A DNA stretch of 53,280 bases, taken from the NCBI GenBank assembly GCA_001938485.1, contig MQRK01238736.1:47305-100584 (forward strand), written 5' to 3'. The stretch comes from Girardia tigrina (Eukaryota). The notes under the pieces are model-generated. The model was not told the DNA's origin and did not search any database. It saw only the letters and a list, made by a program, of their open reading frames with translations. A program made the position numbers and the translations under genes. Below, in pieces: positions 48,553 through 53,280 of this stretch (the stretch's first letter is position 1; each line of letters opens with the position of its first letter).

Positions 48553-51500
48553 ATGAACATCAAAATGTTGTTGGCGGTTATTCCCCGATTCGACGGAAAG
48601 TCGATTCCAATCAGAGAATGGATTACGAAGTTAGAAATCATCGCTGGATGTCAGGGAATCTCCGATCCCAAAGAGTGGGCTAAAATCTTGCCATTATTTC
48701 TGGAGGGAGCTGTCTTCAGGATTTATGAAAATATCGACGAGAAGCAGAGAAGCTACGAGCAAGTAATGTCAATTTTAACTAAAGCATTTGATGTAGACGA
48801 CTTCGGCGCATTTGAGCAGTTGCTGGGTCACAAATTGAAAGACGATGAAACCGTTAACGAGTATTGTGCTTCGATTAACGAAATTTCGCGACGTGTGGAA
48901 AATTTATCTTTATGTACCTTTTATAAGGGTCTGCCGACTGATGTCAAAAGGAGATTAGACGAAGCCAGGTTACGTCGCTCCCGGAGATGTTGACGCTGGC
49001 CAGGTAGCTTCTGAAGGTCGAAAAGAGTGTCCAAAGGGACATATCGATGGTCGCGTCTCGAACTAATATCTCGAGGGGGCGTGTTGGGTTCAATCATGGC
49101 AAGGCTAAAGCTCACGGGAGGTCACATGAGTCAGATGACTATGAAGTTAGATTGATGGAAGGAAACCGTCCGAAAGGCTCCTCATCGCCTTCAAAGTCTA
49201 ACATTAGGTGCTTCAGCTGTCTCCAGAAAAGCAGGAATGGTATAAAATGCAAAGCCTGTAATGGTTACGGCCATTCTGCGGGAAACGGGAGCGGGAGTAC
49301 CTCACAGTAGAGGCCGGATGTACTCCTGGAACGAAATTAATTACCAGGTCTCTTTTAATAAACGGCCGTGAGGTGGATGCGTTGATTGATTCATTGTTGT
49401 TGGTAAACCGAGAAAATTGTACTTTTGGATCACAATGATGGATGGCAGCAAAGTCCGAGTATGGAGAGTGAATTTGAGGTAGTAATTAGTGAAGCTAAAT
49501 GCATCACCGGGGTTTGATCGTTGATAGATTGTTCCCGGGATTTAACGCCATCGTTGGTCTCTACGTGATCCAACAGCTGGGAGGTGTAATAATAGATAAA
49601 GAGGCAGTTTTTTGTTGTGAGAAAATGGATTGCATCGCGATTGATGCTTGTGATAGAGAAAGGGTCTACCGATCAAAAATTACTGAGAAGAATTTTGAGG
49701 TATCATACGACCGATGTTGGAGGCTGACATGAAAATGGTCAATAGGCGAGGAACCCAAATTTGATTATCAGTGTGGAAATTACAAGTTAGTAAATCCGTT
49801 AAAGATAAGTTCGAGGAGGTCTTGGAACAGTGGATTGAGAAAGGATTCTTAACATTGTATGATGAACAGAGATTTGGACCTCCTAAGTGCACTATTCCAA
49901 TTTTTCCGGTCATTCAGGTAAATACAGACAAGATCAGACGCGTCTTTGATTTTCGACATATCAATAAGTATGTGGACGTGTACAGTGGTAACTGTGCAGT
50001 TTACTGTGAGAAACTCCTGAAGTGGAGAAAAAAGTCTGGTAAGTGCGCAATGTTGGATTTAAATGACGCGTACGTGCAGGTGTTCGTCGAGGATGAAATG
50101 CTACCGTACCAAACGATGCTATATAAAAATAAGAGATACGCACTAATCAGAATGGGTTTCGGGTTGAATGTGGGCCCAACCGTTATGACTAAAATTGTGG
50201 AGAAGGTCCTGTCGATGAATACCACGATTCATGAAGCTGCCGACGTGTATAGACAATATTTTCGTGAACGAAAGTATATTACCAGTAGATAGGTTCAAAG
50301 AGCATTTGTTAAAGTATGGATTAGTCTCAAAAGATCCAGAGAGATTTCAACAAGAAACATCTGTGAGAGTGTTGTGATTGGAAGTGCTTCGAGACAATCA
50401 TGGTGCGCTTCTCTGGAGACGTTGAAACAGATTGCTTTTAGACCTTAACGAGGTCAAAACTAGGCGTGATCTTTATTCCTTCAGTGGCCAAATAACCGGA
50501 ATAAACCCAGTCTGTGGATGGTTACGCGTTGCGACGTCGTTTCTTAAACTCCAATCTACCGGAAATTGGGACAGACCGATCCATGAAGAGTTGAAGAAAG
50601 CGATGGGAGACATGGTAGAAAGAATAAAGGAAAATGATTGCTCCAGTGGGACTTGGTCTGTGAAAGATGATATCAAAGCTATTCTTTGATGTGATGCCAG
50701 TACGTTGGCAATGGGCGTTTGTTTAGATGTTGATGGACAGAGAATTGAGGATGCTTCTTGGCTTCGTAAAGTCAATGACTGTCGACACATCTATCTAGTT
50801 GAGTTAGAAGCGGTTGTGAAGGGGTTAAACTTAGTGATTTCATGGGGTTTTTCGGACATTGAGTTGAGACTCGACAGTCAGGTTGTTTGTGGATGGATAT
50901 CGAATGTGATCAATAACGTGCAAAGAAACAAAATTAAGGCGGTTCCTGAGCTATTGATTTGTAGAAGACTTAATCTGCTCAAAGATATTGTTTTAGAATA
51001 TAATTTGAAGCTGTGTGTGGTCTACTTTAGGTCTGAGATGAATGATACCGACATCTTAACGAGAATCACTTCACAATGGTCTTTTTTAAGTCGCTCCACG
51101 GAAGGTTGTAACGTTCTTTCGGCTTCATTAGAATCGGATATCGAAAGATTTAATCAAATTCATGACAGAACGCATATGGGACTCCAGAGATCGATTTTCC
51201 TAGCGAAGGAGTTCAAAGTTAAAATCAGTGATGAAACATATCGGCAAATCATACTTCATTGTAACCGATGCCAATCTATCGATCCCGCACCGGTTCGATG
51301 GGAAAAATGGAGTTTGGATGTTGCCGAAACTTGGAAAAGAATTGCAATTGATGTCACGAAGTTCGAGGAGTCAAGGTTTCTCACCATCATTGACTGTGGA
51401 CCATCGCGATTTGCTATCTGGAGACTCATTAGAGATGAAGGAGCGCAGGAAGTCATTAAGAATTTGAGAAATGTATTCTTCGAACGTGGAGCCCCTGTTG

Positions 51501-52090
51501 AATTGTTAGCGGATAATTATGCGTCTTTTCATTCCGAATCTTTTACTGCTGAGATGAAGGCCCGGAATATTAATGTAGTGTATCGAGCCATGAACAGACC
51601 AATTTGGAATGGAATTATTGAAAGGAGCCACTGGACCGTCAAGGAGTTAACCGCGAGAGCTGAAAATGGGATCCTGGAAGCGGTTTACTTGATGAATAAC
51701 ACTCCCGGAATAAACGATAAGCCACCAGTCAAATTTTTTTAGGGGTATAAGTCTCGGTTGAAGTTGATCGGTATCTCAACCGATCAAGCAAGTAATGGAA
51801 CCTTTTGTTCAATTAAGTTCAGGGTTGGAGAAAACGTTTGGGTGAAATCAAACCAGATCCAGCGCTGTAATGAAAGATGGACAGAAGGAGTCATTAAAGA
51901 AGGAATTAGTCCTCTTAAATTTCTTGCTCTCCATCAGAAATGTTGATTCGTTGCGTAATCTCATTGACCTAAGACCGCGATCCGAGTTGATTGTCTCGAA
52001 GCTGAGCGATTCTCCTCATCGTGCTGACGACTCACCGAGCGATCATCCAATCATGGTTCCAGTTGACACGGAATCATTTGTCCGAGAGTG
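48553..52090 (+). pseudogene. Gypsy B gag-pol (frameshifted, premature stops)
   Basis: IPRFDG..EWITKLE..LPLFLEGAVF (gag), CKACNGYGH knuckle, DALIDS protease, KIRRVFDFR..LDLNDAYVQV..RMGFGLNVGP (RT), CDASTLAMG..EDASWLR..ELEAVVKG (RNase H), H..HMG..C..C and IAIDVT..LADN..NGIIER (integrase). Confidence 0.9.
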
Positions 52091-52319
52091 ACCACCGCCA
52101 ACGAGATTTCAGGACTGTCTCATGGAACGATTTAGATTTTTATGAATCTAGGGGAGATGTGGAATGAGACATATTAATTTTTGTTTTTTTAAGTTATTGA
52201 AATAATAAATATATATTTTCGTCGTTCGAAGTACAAGAGTCTTTTCAATTTATAAGGTTTAATCTTTGCATGATATGCGAGGATACCAAACATAATTTGA
52301 TCCAATATATCTACTTTTA

Positions 52320-52579
52320 TACCTACTAATTTAATATTTTAAGAAGACGAATTGTTCCTGCAAGTAATTGCTTGTTCATTCTCCACCGAAGTAATATAAT
52401 TTTGATTCGTTTTGCCCACATTGACTGAATATTTTTTGTGACATCCGTTTCTTCTGTTTTGATTATCTGGTTATAATTAAGTCTATATGTATTAGTTAAA
52501 TTAATTATTTTTATACTTTTATTCAATAAAAGGAAGTTCAGAAATTATGACCAATACAATTTATATGCTTCATTATATA

Positions 52580-52621
<42 letters not shown>

Positions 52622-53250
52622 GATCATTTAAAATGGTTGGTTTTTAACTATTTTCAACTTTATTTTCTTAAAACAACACGAACGATACTCAGATCCTTTA
52701 ACCCTGACACGCGGTAGGACAAAGATAAGACAAATCTTTCAGTTGTACGTCATATCAGCCGAGATTTCATTATTTTATTTTGTTTTCTGAATACTATAGC
52801 TTCCTCAGATGACCGAGGTTCCTTAAAATAATCACAATAATTTTGATGGTAGATGTTTTGTTCCACATCAAACCATTTGTCACCCGTAAATAGGATTTAC
52901 TTATATTAGTCGGCTGAAAATCTTCTGATTTGATTCTTGTATCAGGTCAATAGCTTCAATTTATATTCTTTCGTTATCCAGTGAGCCTCAACAAGCTTTC
53001 TCACATTCATTCCAGTTTTCCGGAGAACCTGTACACTGAAAATTGTTTGGCTAATTTCATTGTTAAGTTCTTTTATTTGCAGAACGTGAAATCGAATAAT
53101 TAAACGAATAAATATTAAATTTCCTTTTGCTGAAAATTCCATCAGCTTTATTAGTAAAAGTTTTACAGTTTTTGTCTCCGATTAGCGAAGAATTTATTGG
53201 GGAAAAGCTACCGATACTCCCAATCAAATCATCAGAATCGTCTACATCAA
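52320..53250 (-). pseudogene. Possible exon fragments of an unassigned host gene
   Basis: Coding-like blocks bounded by AG/GT: DVDDSDDLIGSIGSFSPIN.., IKELNNEISQTIFSVQVLRKTG.., EPRSSEEAIVFRKQ... They contain stops, and no consistent model could be built. Confidence 0.25.
52575..52621. repeat. (TA)n microsatellite
   Basis: TA run with one interruption; another run lies at 53255-53280. Confidence 0.95.
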
Positions 53251-53280
53251 CATTATATATATATATATATATATATATAT

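Larger units (their letters stand above)
48459..52235 (+). mobile_element. Ty3/Gypsy-type LTR retrotransposon (element B), full length, decayed ORFs
   Basis: 77/78-bp TG..CA LTRs (48459-48535 and 52158-52235), 5-bp TSD AGAGT, and PPT AGGGGAGA. Order is gag-PR-RT-RH-IN. Confidence 0.95.

Overview
AT-rich eukaryotic (animal) genomic DNA with three assembly gaps and short (46-63 bp) GT-AG introns. The divergent prominin-like protein suggests a flatworm-like invertebrate, but that is inference. Most of the window is nested transposon debris: five mariner/Tc1 remnants plus one intact-ended copy with a templated insertion, a pogo/Tigger, a piggyBac, hAT elements, Penelope-like fragments with hammerhead-ribozyme motifs, an RTE-like LINE split by a solo LTR, and two Ty3/Gypsy-type elements with very short LTRs and intact 5-bp TSDs. 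Three host genes are supportable: a spliced CCDC175-like coiled-coil gene (- strand, 12838 to 7473), an intronless prominin-like 5-TM gene (25413-27563), and an intronless 295-aa protein made of two HNH-like (DHIVELQ...NLQ...N..K) domains (2805-3692). The most striking observation is that both Gypsy elements lack the usual TGG primer-binding site. Instead they carry, flush against the 5' LTR, 12 nt complementary to the 5' END (nt 1-12) of a tRNA; one is an exact match to tRNA-Lys(UUU) GCCCGGATAGCT. This suggests priming by a short 5' tRNA fragment or by an internal tRNA position. Also notable are a cluster of G.U-rich, strand-specific RNA hairpins in an LTR-like insert (33.5-34.5 kb) and the tandem-HNH gene. 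All family assignments are from motif recognition by eye; no database searches were run.
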